A stretch of 63,257 nucleotides of DNA, counting the filler, from Asterionella formosa (Eukaryota): the NCBI GenBank assembly GCA_002256025.1. It is 3 parts of 3 records of this genome, joined end to end, with 100 filler letters (N's around TTAATTAATTAA, not from the genome) between each part and the next. Parts side by side here need not be neighbours in the genome. Positions count along the whole stretch, not along the records: positions 1 to 21,021 come from NKIB01003144.1; positions 21,122 to 42,139 come from NKIB01003146.1; 1 more part is not named here. One strand, written 5' to 3'. The number at the start of each line of letters is the position of its first letter. Positions within the stretch are counted from its first letter, which is position 1. The translations under genes and the position numbers were made by a program. The notes beneath the pieces are model-generated. The model made no database searches and was not told where the DNA came from. It worked only from the letters and a program-made list of their open reading frames with translations. Positions 12,563 through 25,234 of this stretch are shown one piece after another.

Positions 12563-13249
12563 GTGATCATGTAATATAGTGATGATCAGGAATGTCAGAG
12601 TGTGTCTGTTAGGCTGTTGATGTCGACAAGTGTCCGAAGACTACGTAGTCTGAGGAATGTCTAAACGGGAATAGACAGGATTTATATAGCAGAAGAATCT
12701 GCAGACGAGCGGCGTGAGAAAGATCATGACCGGTCATTCCAGGGCAGTACTGGACCGCGCTAGAGTAGGCGCCATATATTTCAACACAGGAATGCATGCA
12801 TGATACTCTGTTCAAATAATTAACGTGATGAATTCAGATAATATATAGATATATTCAAGTAAGCATTTTGATGTATTCAACTAATTGATGTGATCCATTC
12901 AAAATCAACTAGGCTTATTTACGTGGTAGTCACTTCACGTAGCTAATACGCGGCTTAGATGTAACTCATTGTGCAGATTGCAACACTTTTGTGCAAATAT
13001 GGTAATGAACCCTTTTGGAATTGAGGGGTGTTTCTATTTATTTGTGATGGAGGATATCATACATGGCCTCAGCTGATAGATCCCTACAAATATCAGCTCG
13101 ATGATTCCGCTGAAGTGATTTGGAGCGATCATCAATAATTGGCCAGAATATGATAAAATATATGGAATCCAATGAGTCAAGAATCAATATTTTTAGTAGT
13201 GATTAGAAACCAAGACCCAAAACATGCGACCTTTTTGACAAATGACTGG

Positions 13250-13352
13250 AGATGTTTACTTATTGACAAGTGAATCAGATGCTCACTTATTGTCAAATGA
13301 ATAAGTGATGCTCACTTATTGTCAAATGAATATGTTTAATTATTGTCAAATT
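13250..13352. repeat. Short tandem repeat, ~29-bp unit GATGCTCACTTATTGTCAAATGAATAAGT
   Basis: Two near-exact and two degenerate units visible. Confidence 0.65.
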
Positions 13353-14119
13353 AAGCAAGATCATTTTGACGGGATCAAGGAAAGTGTGAGAAGTGTTGTT
13401 CGGGATTACATGAGTAATCAGGCAAGAACAAAACTAGATAGACTATTAACAGAAAGCTCACAATATTACAAAGTGTAAAGTGAAAATACGTTTTTCAGCT
13501 TTAGTGATCTTAAAAGTACGATCTGTGATATTTCAATTAGACAATTTAACATATATGTGCATACTTCAAGATTTGGAAAGATCTGGATGAACAACAACAT
13601 GACAGCAGGGCATTTTCACACTTTTGAGGATTTTTCTTTGTTGGCTGATTTAAAATCCGATCGACCCAACACAAGGTCATATCCGAGTGTATATCGGCAG
13701 TTGGTGGTTTGTGTGGATTTGGTTGGCCTGATGTTCGGTGAGTCAGGATCAGGATCTTCGTCTTCATTACTGGCTGTAAATGCCATGATTGATTGATTTG
13801 GGCACTGTAGACAGCAATAAGTTATTGCAGTACTAGTTCATTCAGCCCAAACTATTGGTCTTCCTATGTATTATTGTTTGAGCACACGTGGACGATGTCT
13901 CACTGAGAACTGCAACTCCTAACAGAAATGTATAGATGGATCAAATCATTTTCAGGAATTCCCTGTGTCAATGGGTACTACATTACATGATGGCTCTGGA
14001 TTTACACCAGTTAACAAACGACTTCCCTTTGATGGGACGTAATGCAATGGAATTTCGAGTTGCAATGCGCTTTCTATTTTGCATCTTATGTACTTCCATG
14101 AATTTTGCAACTGATTTGG

Positions 14120-15562
14120 CTATTTCGCTGCCTGTTGCTTCTCCCATTGTACGTAGCGTTCAAGGATTGCAGGAGAAACACTTTTGGTTGACAACGTGAT
14201 GGCTGTCTCAAAGTCAAGGAAACTTATTGGTCTGATCTGATCTTCTCTCACATTTTGAATGGCCTGAACCCCACCAAGTGAACGCAATGGTCCGAATGAG
14301 GCTTCGGAAGCCACAGCTGCAATGTCGGAGCAGGAAAAGCCGTCCAGCTTCTTCACTAACTGACTCACCTGCCGGGTGGTTACATTGTGCTTTCCAGCTT
14401 TCTTCAAAAGGTTTTGTAGCAATCCCTTTCTCGCTTCGACATCTGGCAACGGGACAAGGATGCGACGGGGAAAACGCCTCAAAATGGCATCGTCAACGTT
14501 CCATGGACAATTCGTGCATCCCACGACTAATACATGACTTTCTGCTTGTATGGATGATATCCCGTCCATTTGTACCATAAATTCAGTCTTGAACCTTCGA
14601 CTTGCTTCGTGTTCACTATCATTGCGGCTAGACAGGAGGGAATCCATTTCATCAACAAATATTATTGAAGGAGCTGCATCTTGAGCCACTTTAAACAGCG
14701 TTCGAACTAGCTTTTCACCTTCGCCATGCCATTTACTGGTCAACGTGGACGCACTACACGCGAACAGCAAACATTTAGACTCGTGAGCTACGGCCTTTAC
14801 CAGCAATGTCTTGCCTGTTCCAGGTGGACCATAGAGTAGAATATTCTGAGGCTTGCGAAGTCCTTGGAATAGGTCAGGTCGAATGAGGGGGAGTATAGCC
14901 GACTCTGTAAGCAATTGCTTTGCTCGTGCCAAGCCAGCTATGTCGTCCCAAGTTGTGTCCTGTAGTTCCGAGGGGTCGATATAGAGATCGTTCTTTACTT
15001 GCTGTACCATAGGATCGTTCTCATAGTCGAGATTACTTCTCTTTGCTTGCACATTGGTCTGCAATTTGGTCCCTTGAGTCAACGGCTTGTTGCTCGCTGA
15101 TGCTGGTGACATGGTTTGATTTTGTTGTTTGGAACTGATAGCAGTTCTTAAAGCAGAAGTGAAGGATGCAGTCCAAATTTCTGAAGCTAAGACATGGTGA
15201 GGTGACTGAGAACTTGGTTTCTCCTTTGTTTTCTTTTCTGTCAGTGCTGCTTTCACTCGTTCTGCTTCTGCTAATCCAGAGCTTATTCGTTGTGAGAGAA
15301 TGTCCTTACTGACATCAGTCGAAGGGAGCCTCAAGCACTTGAGCAAGAGCTCAATTGACAGCTCGTAAATTTTCAGTGCCTCAACAAGCAATCCTTGTTC
15401 TTGTAATGAATCAGCTTCATCCAATCCTCGAAACCCGAGGTCAATATTGTTCATATCAGGGTGTGGCTCGGAACTTCGTTTCAGTCCTCGGGCCATCATT
15501 TGAGCTTGTTCGAGGTCCGCTTTCCGTCGGTCTCCCTCGTAAGAAATCTTCTCTTGTTCCAT
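14120..15562 (-). CDS. Spastin-like microtubule-severing AAA ATPase with N-terminal MIT-like domain
   Basis: Intronless 480 aa ORF: WDDIAGL, Walker A GPPGTGKT, LTSKWHGEGEKLVR, Walker B IIFVDEMD, EHEASRRFKTEF, LRRF and a Vps4-like C-terminal helix. Confidence 0.9.
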   Translation of the reverse strand: MEQEKISYEGDRRKADLEQAQMMARGLKRSSEPHPDMNNIDLGFRGLDEADSLQEQGLLVEALKIYELSIELLLKCLRLPSTDVSKDILSQRISSGLAEAERVKAALTEKKTKEKPSSQSPHHVLASEIWTASFTSALRTAISSKQQNQTMSPASASNKPLTQGTKLQTNVQAKRSNLDYENDPMVQQVKNDLYIDPSELQDTTWDDIAGLARAKQLLTESAILPLIRPDLFQGLRKPQNILLYGPPGTGKTLLVKAVAHESKCLLFACSASTLTSKWHGEGEKLVRTLFKVAQDAAPSIIFVDEMDSLLSSRNDSEHEASRRFKTEFMVQMDGISSIQAESHVLVVGCTNCPWNVDDAILRRFPRRILVPLPDVEARKGLLQNLLKKAGKHNVTTRQVSQLVKKLDGFSCSDIAAVASEASFGPLRSLGGVQAIQNVREDQIRPISFLDFETAITLSTKSVSPAILERYVQWEKQQAAK

Positions 15563-16141
15563 GCTACCTTTTTTATGCCGAGAAGTGCGTATGAATGTCG
15601 ACTCGAATCATCGTCAAACGTCAATTTGTTCTTGCTTATTGTATACCGGACCGGACTTCATGTCGAGTTTGTCTCGAGTTGCTTTGCATCGTGTTTCTGT
15701 CTTATGGTCGAATGAGTCGTCTCATGGAGTCCCAGACATTTCGTACGAGGTCGTCCGCACATCTCAGCATCTTTCGTCCTAGATTTGTTACGACTGCCCT
15801 TCTAGATTACCGGTATATACATGAATATTTATAACGGTAATATCAATCCAAAAACCGGCATACCGGTATCTTACACTGTACCATTAGCACCGTGGTACCT
15901 GGTGCCCGTTACCAGGTAGGGTACCATACCACCCTGCTGGTGCTCATTAGCATGAGCACATACATATTTATATATATATACACAAATGCATCATCATAGG
16001 TGCATACATCCCCGTATAAACATTAATGCAATACCGGTATTTGCAGGACAACAAAAAGATGACACTTATTTTCTTGGATTTCGTCGCTCTCATGTCCCAG
16101 AACAGAGAAGAAGGATAGCAACTTACTTTAGTAACAAGAGA

Positions 16142-17449
16142 ATGATTCAATCGCGAAAGCCAGAGCTGGCCATCATGATCACGGAAGAAGTGCAGGTAGA
16201 GAATGACAGCATGGAAACAACATTTCGCCACGAAGGACTCTCGATAGGGCACGATTATTTGCGATTGGAAGGGGCGACCATTTCAAGAGGTGAACTCAAC
16301 CCTGCCTCACTGCGTCTAGAGCATACTTTAGGACGAGGCTCGTGCAGTCGAGTAGTGAAAGCGATTTGGACGCAAAAGAACAGCAAACCGCGACCAGTGG
16401 CCCTCAAGCAGTTTCCTATCAAATCCGAGGAACGAAAGAATATGTTGGCCAATGAACTGAAAACGTTGGCAAAGGTCGATTGTGAATGTTTGGTAAATTT
16501 GATGGGGGCCTTTCTAGAAGACAATTCGGTAACAATGGTTCGTCAATGGCCGATGGCATCATAGGTTTTCCTGACTGTGCATGGAACTCACGCATCTCGA
16601 ATCTTAGGTATTGGAGTTCATGGATCAGGGGTCATTGGAGTCGCTAATAAATAAGGTCAAGCTGTCGGAACAACTGGTATCCGCCATGACCTACCAGATG
16701 CTCTGGGGTCTATCGTATCTTCATTTCGAAAAGCGAATTCACCGAGATCTCAAACCTGGCAACGTGCTTTTGAACTCGTCTGGACATGTCAAGCTCGCAG
16801 ATTTTGGAATTGCATCATTGGGAAAGGAAATGAGCTCCACAGTCATTGGGACCACACTGTATATGGCACCTGAGCGACTTCTTCGACAGAAATATGGAGC
16901 TTTGAGTGATGTTTGGAGTCTAGGACTTGTTGTTTGGCAGTCAGCAACTGGAACGTTTCCATTTGATGACTTGACCTCGGTGGTAAGGCATGCGCTTGAT
17001 TCATTTTGCTTTTTTGCTGGTTTTCCTTTGGGTGAATTTCTTCTGATTTTTTGCTTCTCTCTTGCTCTGCTTTATTTTTTTATTCCATATTTTCAGCTAG
17101 ATTTGATAGAAACAATCCAGGAACCCGGGTCGATTGAGCGTCTGATTGCACGTTCCACAATGAGCACGGATCTTTGTCAAATTGTTCAGGCTTGCATGCA
17201 GATCACTGAAGGTGAGTTGTTCAGCCAGAAAATACTCTTTTCCGTAGATGTGAAGTTCGTTTTTGGGCACTACTGAAAAGTGAGGAAATAGTGTGGCTCT
17301 AACATGTGCTTCTTCTCATTTCAGGCAATCGTATTCCTGCCCGCCTATTGCTTCGGTCCCCTTGGTTTGAGACGAGTTGTGTTCGCGATCTGAATGATGC
17401 TGTCAACATTATGAAAACTTTTTTTGTTTCAGAAAGCGTAGAAGACTGA
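16142..17449 (+). CDS. MAP kinase kinase (STE7 family); exons 16142-16537, 16608-16982, 17097-17211, 17325-17449
   Basis: LGRGSCSRV, VALK, LEFMDQGSL, HRDLKPGN, DFG, GTTLYMAPER and SDVWSLG. Three GT-AG introns restore a continuous frame ending in TGA at 17447-17449. Start codon is inferred. Confidence 0.88.
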
Positions 17450-17632
17450 TTTTACCTCTTCAAATAGCTAATACTTAATTTATTCAGTATGCCATGTTGC
17501 TGTTCACAATCATTCATTTCTTGCTGAAAGAGAGTAAGAAAAGTCGACTGAAATAATGGATAATCGTCAGCATCCCATGACATGATCGAAATTCTTCTCC
17601 TTACCCCCACACAAGCAAGCCAAAACCACTAA

Positions 17633-17938
17633 TTAGCAATCCAAATATTTGGCAGCAATCATCAGCTCCAGCGCAACTTCTGGTTCAATGACAAACTCAG
17701 GTATACGAACATTCGAATTGCTGTTTTGAGCCTTATAATGAAGATATCGGACGACTCTCTCTAGAACACGACTAGATATAGCAGGGAAACGAATCAAATT
17801 CTCGTTGGATTCTCGGAACTTCCCTTCCAGCATGGTTTTGATTGTACCACTTCCACCCATGGCAATCTTCCGATCCAGGTAAAACTCGTGGCCCTCGGTG
17901 CTGATCAACACGATGTATATAGTTTCGTTGTCGCTCAT
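17633..17938 (-). CDS. ELOC: Elongin C
   Basis: LISTEGHEF, SGTIKTML, LERVVRYLHYK and IPEFVIEPEVALELMIAAKYLDC are diagnostic. Confidence 0.95.
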   Translation of the reverse strand: MSDNETIYIVLISTEGHEFYLDRKIAMGGSGTIKTMLEGKFRESNENLIRFPAISSRVLERVVRYLHYKAQNSNSNVRIPEFVIEPEVALELMIAAKYLDC

Positions 17939-18599
17939 GCTTCTACAGCTACTCGGGTTTCAACGCTGCAACGTAATTGATTTAGGACAGGATGCCGAGA
18001 ATCTTCTGGTGAACGTGAAAGGATAGGTAATAACGGAGGAACGCAAATGGCGGGGGGCTGCAGTTCAATGATGTACCGGTCTGCTGTTCAATTGCTATAC
18101 ATATATACGACACGATAGCTAATATTAGTCAAGCAGTAAAGTTCGTCCGCACAATCACATGTGAACCAGATATCACTAGCTTCACCGTGTTGTTTGTTTG
18201 CTTTCCTTTTGCTTTTTCTTGATCATGCTGTTCTCCTTACCGGCACTGTGGAACGGCTGTTCATTCTGTTGCTCCACGTGGAATCCTATAGAAATGAAAT
18301 AAACAATTTTGTGTTAAATATTTGTAATGTATGTGAGGAATATAAGGACTGATGTATCAGTTCATTTTGCATTGGGTATCACTTCATTTGAAAATGTATT
18401 AGTAATGGTTACTTGATTCGAACTGAATTTTCTTCATTCTCCACATAAAATTGTATCACTTAACTTGTCACACAATGTATCATGGTCTAACATGGATCTT
18501 CAACAGTGACAGGCCAGCAAAGGTCATGTGTAGTAAATCACTCCAGACTGTATTGAGGATGCTCAACCAGCGGTATGTGAAATATATAATATTAAAACC

Positions 18600-19700
18600 C
18601 CATCAACCATAGTAGGATGAATCAGGTCTTCGCCTCTGGAATTACCTGGTGATGACTGTGATGATTTCGATGGTGAAACAGGCAATAACCCGCAGCAATC
18701 TGGATTTCCTCTTTCTCTGTCATCATCTAGCTAGCAAGCTGACGGAGCCAAACAAAAAGACTCATCCAAAAGGGGGAAGTGGCAAATGGCACCATGAAAG
18801 AATCTCCTGTCAATCACATGTTGAAAGCTCAATCACGAGATTGCTTTCGAAAAAGCATACAGAATATCGCAAAGAACATTTAAAAATCTGCTCTCCATGG
18901 TGAAATTCAGATTGCAGGTAATTATTCCAAGTAGGGAACCTCTGAGCTTAGTATGATTCAAGAAATTGTGGGAGTCATTGGTTTGCAATGGTTGTCTGGT
19001 GGCAGTTACATTGACATTTGTCATACTTATAGTTGTAGCATTACTTAACTTTATCAATGCCGAAATTTGTTCATTGATGCTGTACTTAATTACAAAGAAC
19101 TCAAGATTGCGATTTTCCTAGAGGAACGAGAAGATTAAATCAAATTGGCATACAACTCTCAATACAAAAGCTCCGATGGCTTGATAAGAGGATGCGTTGG
19201 TGCTATTGAAGGCCTCCTAGCCACGATCAACCGCCCTACTTTAGTTGACAGTGCCAACAGTCCCGCTGCATTTTTTCAGTTCACTACATGACTTATGGAA
19301 TCAACGTCCAGTCTGTTTGTGATGCTGACTAACGATTTTTATATTTTGGTGTGATTTCACTGGGAAGATGCAGTGACCAAGTATTTTTTGAACGAACTTG
19401 ATTGAGTTGCAGCATTTGATGCAGGTTTTATCTCCTGGTTGGCGATGCAGCATACACTTTGTTGGCTCACAATGTGATGATCCAACACAGGATTCATATA
19501 ACTTATTTATTTCACAGGTGAGGATAAGAATAGAAATGGCATTTGGTCTGCTTCAGAAAAAATAGTGCGTCCTGAAAAGAACCTATCAACAGGCTTGGAA
19601 ACATCCACACAAGTTCTTGAATCATGTGCTTGACTTCACAATTATGTGATTAATGAGAAGAAAATTCATATAGTCATTTTTGTCTGCTGCCTGGTGATGC
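18600..19700 (+). pseudogene. Decayed PIF/Harbinger transposase (DDE_Tnp_4)
   Basis: Manual translation across stops and frameshifts gives GCVGAIEG (~19190), YGINVQSVCDA (~19295), VGDAAY (~19438), YNLFISQVRIRIEMAFGLL (~19497) and CA*LHNY (~19625), in canonical order. Confidence 0.85.
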
Positions 19701-20264
19701 TGCAGAAATAATTTGTTCATGTCATAATTCTGGTCCAATAGTAATCATAAAAGTGACGTGGCTGGCTCATCTCAATTTTTATCATGATCAAAGTTGTAGA
19801 ACCTACAAAAATTATTACCATTGGCTGTAGGATTAGGTATAAATGTGTACACACTCTAGGAATTACTATTGATGTCATCATAAAACTTGGGCTTGCCAAT
19901 GCACCAAAAATTTAAATTTTATCGATCATAGAAACGTTTTGAACCTGCAATATGTCTTTTAATGTTGATATTACATTTTAGCCTATGGAGAAAATGGTGG
20001 TGTAGTTGGTTTGCTCTTAATGTTTGGGGTCAAAAAGGGCCGATTTCTTGTACCCCTCTAAGTTAATTCAGTTGTGGCTTTGTACATTGATGGGTAGCTA
20101 CTGGACAGCAGGCTCTATGGTTGTACCCTGACACTTTAAATCTCATGCAAATGTTTTGAACGATTTTGACAAATATGTGTTTTGTGTCAACTCTTATTAT
20201 ATGAATCAATCCCAACCCAGTTTCATCCAGAACAAATTCATCTGGTAGTACTATGGCTGAGTGA

Positions 20265-20500
20265 GTTGATGAACTCATTAATGTCAACTGGTCCACCAGC
20301 AAAAGGTTATTTCCTCTTTTCAACAATACTGATCTCATTTATGTCCTCAACTGGACCACCTAAAGGTTTCCTCTTTTCAACAATACTGATCTCATCAATC
20401 TTGACTGGACTACCAGCAAAAGTTTTTCTCTTTTCGACAATAGTACCAATCTCATCAATGTCCACTAGACCAGCTAAAGGATTCCTCTGTTCAACAATAT
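20265..20500. repeat. ~4 x 57-60 bp tandem repeat in a minus-strand ORF fragment (DIDEISIVEKRKPLxGPV), possibly from the Harbinger accessory gene
   Basis: Repeated ttcctcttttcaacaatactgatctcat units; convergent with the adjacent transposase relic. Confidence 0.7.
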
Positions 20501-21021
20501 CTTCCTCATCCTCATCAGCTGTACTGCTTTGATTGCTCATCAAAATGGGAATATTGGCATCCGAACTTTCAGCTACAGCCACTAATTTGCTGCTCATTGC
20601 ACAAATAACCAAGATACAGCAGTTGATGTTGAAAGGTAGGTACAGAGTGTATTTAACAAAGAATTTAGTTGATGCAATAATATTGTCATGCTTGCATGAT
20701 GTTAACAGTTTTATTTTATTGTTGACAACAGATGTGATACACAGCAATCAAATACAGTTTTTGGACAGGGTCAAAAAACTTGATCAGTGACACAGCCGTG
20801 ATCAAAAGCCGTTGGTGAGACAAAAATACAATTTATCATACAAACGGCAACTTTCGAAACAAAACCCGGAGATGATATACCAATGACAAATGATAGGAAC
20901 GGCCCTACATAAAAGCAAATAAAACGTGGGAGTACGGCCGAGGTACCAGTACCAGGTTGTACGAGGGATGAGGCATGTACCGGTCTTTACAGTTCACCTA
21001 CCACACCGGCATGGTACCTGG

Positions 21022-21121
21022 NNNNNNNNNNNNNNNNNNNNNNNNNNNNNNNNNNNNNNNNNNNNTTAATTAATTAANNNNNNNNNNNNNNNNNNNNNNN
21101 NNNNNNNNNNNNNNNNNNNNN
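21022..21121. other. Assembly gap with artificial TTAATTAATTAA spacer
   Basis: 100-nt N-run with a centred six-frame stop spacer; an identical construct lies at 42140-42239. Confidence 0.95.
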
Positions 21122-22305
21122 TCTCCAATTCCATTTTCATGATCCATTTCCATATTCCAGCGGCGAACATCCTCCAATGCATCTTGAATCAATGGTTTGT
21201 CTGGATGAAGCGGCATTTCAAAGCTATTTGAAAAGACACATCTTCATCTTTGATATCATTGTCGTCAAAGTCCACCCACGGCTGCTCTTCCGACAGAGAA
21301 TCCGCGTTCTTCTCTAGGCATGTCGTTGATCATGTAATCAATGGGATCAAAGTTGTTGACAACAAGATAGCAGCATCGCTCAAATTGCAGGAAAAACTAA
21401 CTAATTCCCAAATAGGAATGATAATATTTCATTTATAAAAGTAGTCTAATAGAAATATTTTACTTTTTTTATAATGGTTTTGTCATCTTACGTCACAGTA
21501 GATGGGTGGTTGACAGCATTTAGGATTTCCCAAAAACCGATAGCATCGTTTTTTCGTCAGTTGACCAAAACCAAAACCAATCCAAAAAAAAGTTTTTGGG
21601 TTTTGGTTTGGGTCAACGGTTAGCAACGGCATGATTTTTGACTACACAAAAAGATATACCGGTACCTGGTACCTGGTACCCTTATAATGCATGAGACGTA
21701 CCGGTACTCAATTTTGATGTATACCGGTAGTTTGGAGTAAAGATGCTGCTACCTGGTACCGGTACCTAGGTACCGGGTACCAGGTAACAGATACCAAGTG
21801 CCAGGGGAACCTGTTACCTGTATGCATCGGCGATTCGCTTCAAAACTCATTACTGTATATAATATAGTATGACGGCTGACTGCTAATACAAGGTACCAGT
21901 TCCGATTCCAGTTGCCAAGTGCGGTACCTGGTACCTGACCTGGTTACCAAGTCCAGTAACTATTTACCAATCGCTCAACTGAACACAACGTATTATACAA
22001 ACAGCTACTGGTACCAGTGTACCAGGTACCTGGTACCCTGGTTACTCACCTGTTTTATGCTCATATTCGTATGTGATAGTTTTCATATGTCGGCAGTTGT
22101 GCTTCGCCAATAGATAGAAAGTATATGTGTGTGTCACATATTATACGACCATACTAACCAGGAAATTTGTTATATATATATACGTGATCATATACCAGCT
22201 CGGAACCAAACATCGCTCAGTGGATAGAGCATGATCAGGAAAATCTATCAGGAAAAATATATATGGATATAAATTTCATTAATTTTATGTTAAAGTGAAA
22301 TCAAA

Positions 22306-23640
22306 ATGAAGTTGCTTTTTGCTCCTCTGCTTGTTACAGCTCTCTGCAAGGCAGTACTTGCCCATTCCGAGGGTTCTGATGCAACAGGCCACCGAGTATT
22401 GCAAACTGCTCCTCCGAATCCTGGATTCCCTCCATGTTCAGTTTGTGGCGTAGGGAATGAAGTCACAGTACCTTCAGGTATCGTTCAACCACCTACTGGG
22501 TCAGAAATATCTTGTGCACTTTTCCAGACTGCTGGAGAACTTGGTTACATTGACGAAAACGCGTGTCCTTTCCTATCAGCGTATACCGGTAATTGCGGTT
22601 GTGCTCCTATTGGATCAGGTCCTGTCCCCACGACTCCACGTCCTGTAGACGTAATTCCACCTCCTTCTCCAGCTCCTGTGCCAGCTCCTGTTGTCCCCGC
22701 AACACCTGCTCCTGTCCCCGCAACGCCTGCGCCTGTCCCCGCAACGCCTGCGCCTGTCCCCGCAACACCAGCACCTGTCAGCGTAACACCTCCTCCAATC
22801 CCTGGAACACCTGCCCCTGTCAGCGTAACACCTGCTCCAATCCCTGGAACACCTGCCCCTGTCAGCGTAACGCCTGCTCCAATCCCTGGAACACCTGCTC
22901 CTGTGAGTGTAACACCTGCACCATTCTCCGGAACACCTGCTCCCACCAGTCCTCCTGTTAGCACAGCTCCTGTAACCCCAGGAACAAATGTGCCTTTTCC
23001 TACTATTGGGTACCCGACCACCTCTCCATCCACGACAGCGACAAGATACCCTTACCCCACTGATGATAACTCCCCTGAATCCAAATCTGGTATGGGATTT
23101 GATGATGATGATAAGTATTCTGAGCCTGGTAGTAGAGGATTATATGGTTACAACTCACCAGGATCTAAGTCTGGGATGGAACCACAAAGTGATGATGACT
23201 ACTCTCCTGAGGCTAAACCTAACAAGAGTAAGAGTGCAAAGGGCTCTTCAAAGTCCAAATCCAGCAAAGGCAAGAAAGGTAAGGGTGCTTCAAAATCCAA
23301 ATCTAGCAAAGGCAAGAAAGGTAAGGGTTCTTCAAAATCCAAATCCAGCGAAAGTAAGAGTGGAAAGGGCTCCTCAAAGTCCAAATCCAGCAAAGACAAG
23401 GGAGGTAAGGGTGCATCAAAATCCAAATCCAGCAAAGGCAAGGGAGGAGGAAAAGGCTCATCTCAATCAAAATCAGGAGGGGAAAACTCTTCCAAGTCTG
23501 GCAAAGGCAAGGGTGGTAAAGGCAAGGGCGGTAAAGGCAAGGGTGGTAAAGGCAAGGGTGGTAAAGGCAAGGGTGGTAAAGGCAAGGGTGGAAAGGGCAA
23601 GGGTGGAAAAGGCATCATGGTCACTGATGATACATACTAG
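22306..23640 (+). CDS. Secreted Pro-rich and Lys/Ser/Gly-rich protein; silaffin-like cell-wall or biosilica candidate
   Basis: Intronless 444 aa ORF: signal peptide, RVL motif, Cys-rich module (CSVCG...C...C...CGC), PAPVPAT and PAPVSVTPAPIPGT repeats, a D/Y-rich linker, KSKSSKGK repeats and ~7 GKGGK repeats. Confidence 0.8.
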   Translation: MKLLFAPLLVTALCKAVLAHSEGSDATGHRVLQTAPPNPGFPPCSVCGVGNEVTVPSGIVQPPTGSEISCALFQTAGELGYIDENACPFLSAYTGNCGCAPIGSGPVPTTPRPVDVIPPPSPAPVPAPVVPATPAPVPATPAPVPATPAPVPATPAPVSVTPPPIPGTPAPVSVTPAPIPGTPAPVSVTPAPIPGTPAPVSVTPAPFSGTPAPTSPPVSTAPVTPGTNVPFPTIGYPTTSPSTTATRYPYPTDDNSPESKSGMGFDDDDKYSEPGSRGLYGYNSPGSKSGMEPQSDDDYSPEAKPNKSKSAKGSSKSKSSKGKKGKGASKSKSSKGKKGKGSSKSKSSESKSGKGSSKSKSSKDKGGKGASKSKSSKGKGGGKGSSQSKSGGENSSKSGKGKGGKGKGGKGKGGKGKGGKGKGGKGKGGKGKGGKGIMVTDDTY

Positions 23641-25234
23641 TATTTTTATTCATAGAATTGTAAGCGGCTGTCTGATACTGCTCAGATCAGACTTCAACAA
23701 TTGCAGGACAGTTATGCATAAGATTATAATTTATAAATGATACACAGACATGTACTTACTTAAATTAAAATCCTTTGTGTAAAATGATTATTGCACTCTA
23801 CTTTGATTGATTGATGATGATGATACAATGAAATTCTGGTGTATGTCTATTAATTGATGTTTTACACTCTTTTAGATGAAAATAATTATGACTAATTGAG
23901 TTCCGAAAACAGAGTATCAAGGAATCCACTGGCATAACACAATATTGACCTTGTTGAGGCATGTTTGACTTAACAATTTCCAAAGTCAAACAACCTTATT
24001 GGATTTCCATGAAGGAAAGTCATGATTCTCCCCAAATAATGTAATTTTATCGTGAATCCAGTCAAAACTGTCTTTCTATCATTGAATCTGGGCTAGGTAA
24101 TGTCACCATTGCCTGTAATGTTAAAATGCCTTTCATAACCCGAAAATTTATCACCATTAATGTTTATTGCCGTTATTGGATCAATTGCAGGGTAATGTTT
24201 CAAAAATATTTCAATAATGTCAGAGAGATTTCTGTATTATAACCCCTAGCTCGAGCTAGTATTCAAAGAATTATATTCATAAAGAATGGCGGCATCAGAA
24301 GATTATTTGATATGGACACTCATTGGACAGGCACATTCTCTTCCAAATGTATCCACCTGCACCTGAAAACCTCAGCATTTTCCTACAGCAATCCCGAATA
24401 ACTCTAGTCCCTGAACATGTTGATGCAACCTGGCTTTTTTTGACATCATTGCCAAAATGTTTTCCTCATCGTGTCTTCTATATGATTTCATGATACTGCA
24501 TTCCTCCAAATGGAATTGGAAACTGTGCCTACTTCAGGAATATTATGGAAGAACACAGATTTAGAGGACATTCCAGCAATCGCAACCAACACCAATGGTA
24601 CCAAGGATCATGACAACTTTGACACCATCCACAATAGTGGGCTTACCTTCTCCTCCAACATCTCGCCTTTCTGAAAAGAATCTAGGAGGCCTCCATCAAA
24701 CCTATTTCCTGCGAATGGATAATTTGTTTTAAATGAATAAGAAAAATAAGTACTCGTTTCATCCTGAATCCCTTCATTGTGAACCAAGATTATATAATTC
24801 TGATTAATATATGCCTTTGGTCGTAGAGTAATATGAAACTACATTCAGCAATTTAGATTCAATGTTAAGATATGAAAAAAATTAATGTTTTTGAACAAGA
24901 ACCATGATTATAGATACCAGTATATTTTTACTTTATCTATGTAAGTGTGGAGCACTGACAAAGATGTAAGATAAAGGTAAAAATATCATTTTTGTTTGTT
25001 TGAAATGTGTCTCTATCTATCTGACGCCAATAAATATTCAATTTAAATATTTAAATGGACAATCTAATCATGGGAATTCACAGAAATTATTTGTTCTATG
25101 CCGATTTTACAACCCTAGCAATGTTTAAATCCAACCTAGGGTTAAGCCGGGACCGCAACCTTAAAAAGCAAGTATTGCCACTCTGTTATGATGAAATTGT
25201 CAAATCAATACATCAGATTGTCTTGGATTTTTAG

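Noticed and set aside
21066..21077. TTAATTAATTAA palindrome inside N-runs (also 42184-42195)
   Set aside because: Identical spacer centred in 100-nt gaps; a scaffolding artefact. Adjacency across these gaps is not guaranteed.
22213..22240. tRNA A-box-like GCTCAGTGGATAGAGCA
   Set aside because: No B box or cloverleaf downstream.
22545..23740. Alternative-frame and antisense ORFs over the silaffin-like gene
   Set aside because: By-products of stop-poor repetitive codons.
23800..24900. Coding-like minus-strand sequence (similar tracts at 28200-30400, 31000-32100 and 37000-38300)
   Set aside because: Many stops and no motif I can assign; probably old TE or pseudogene debris, left uncalled.
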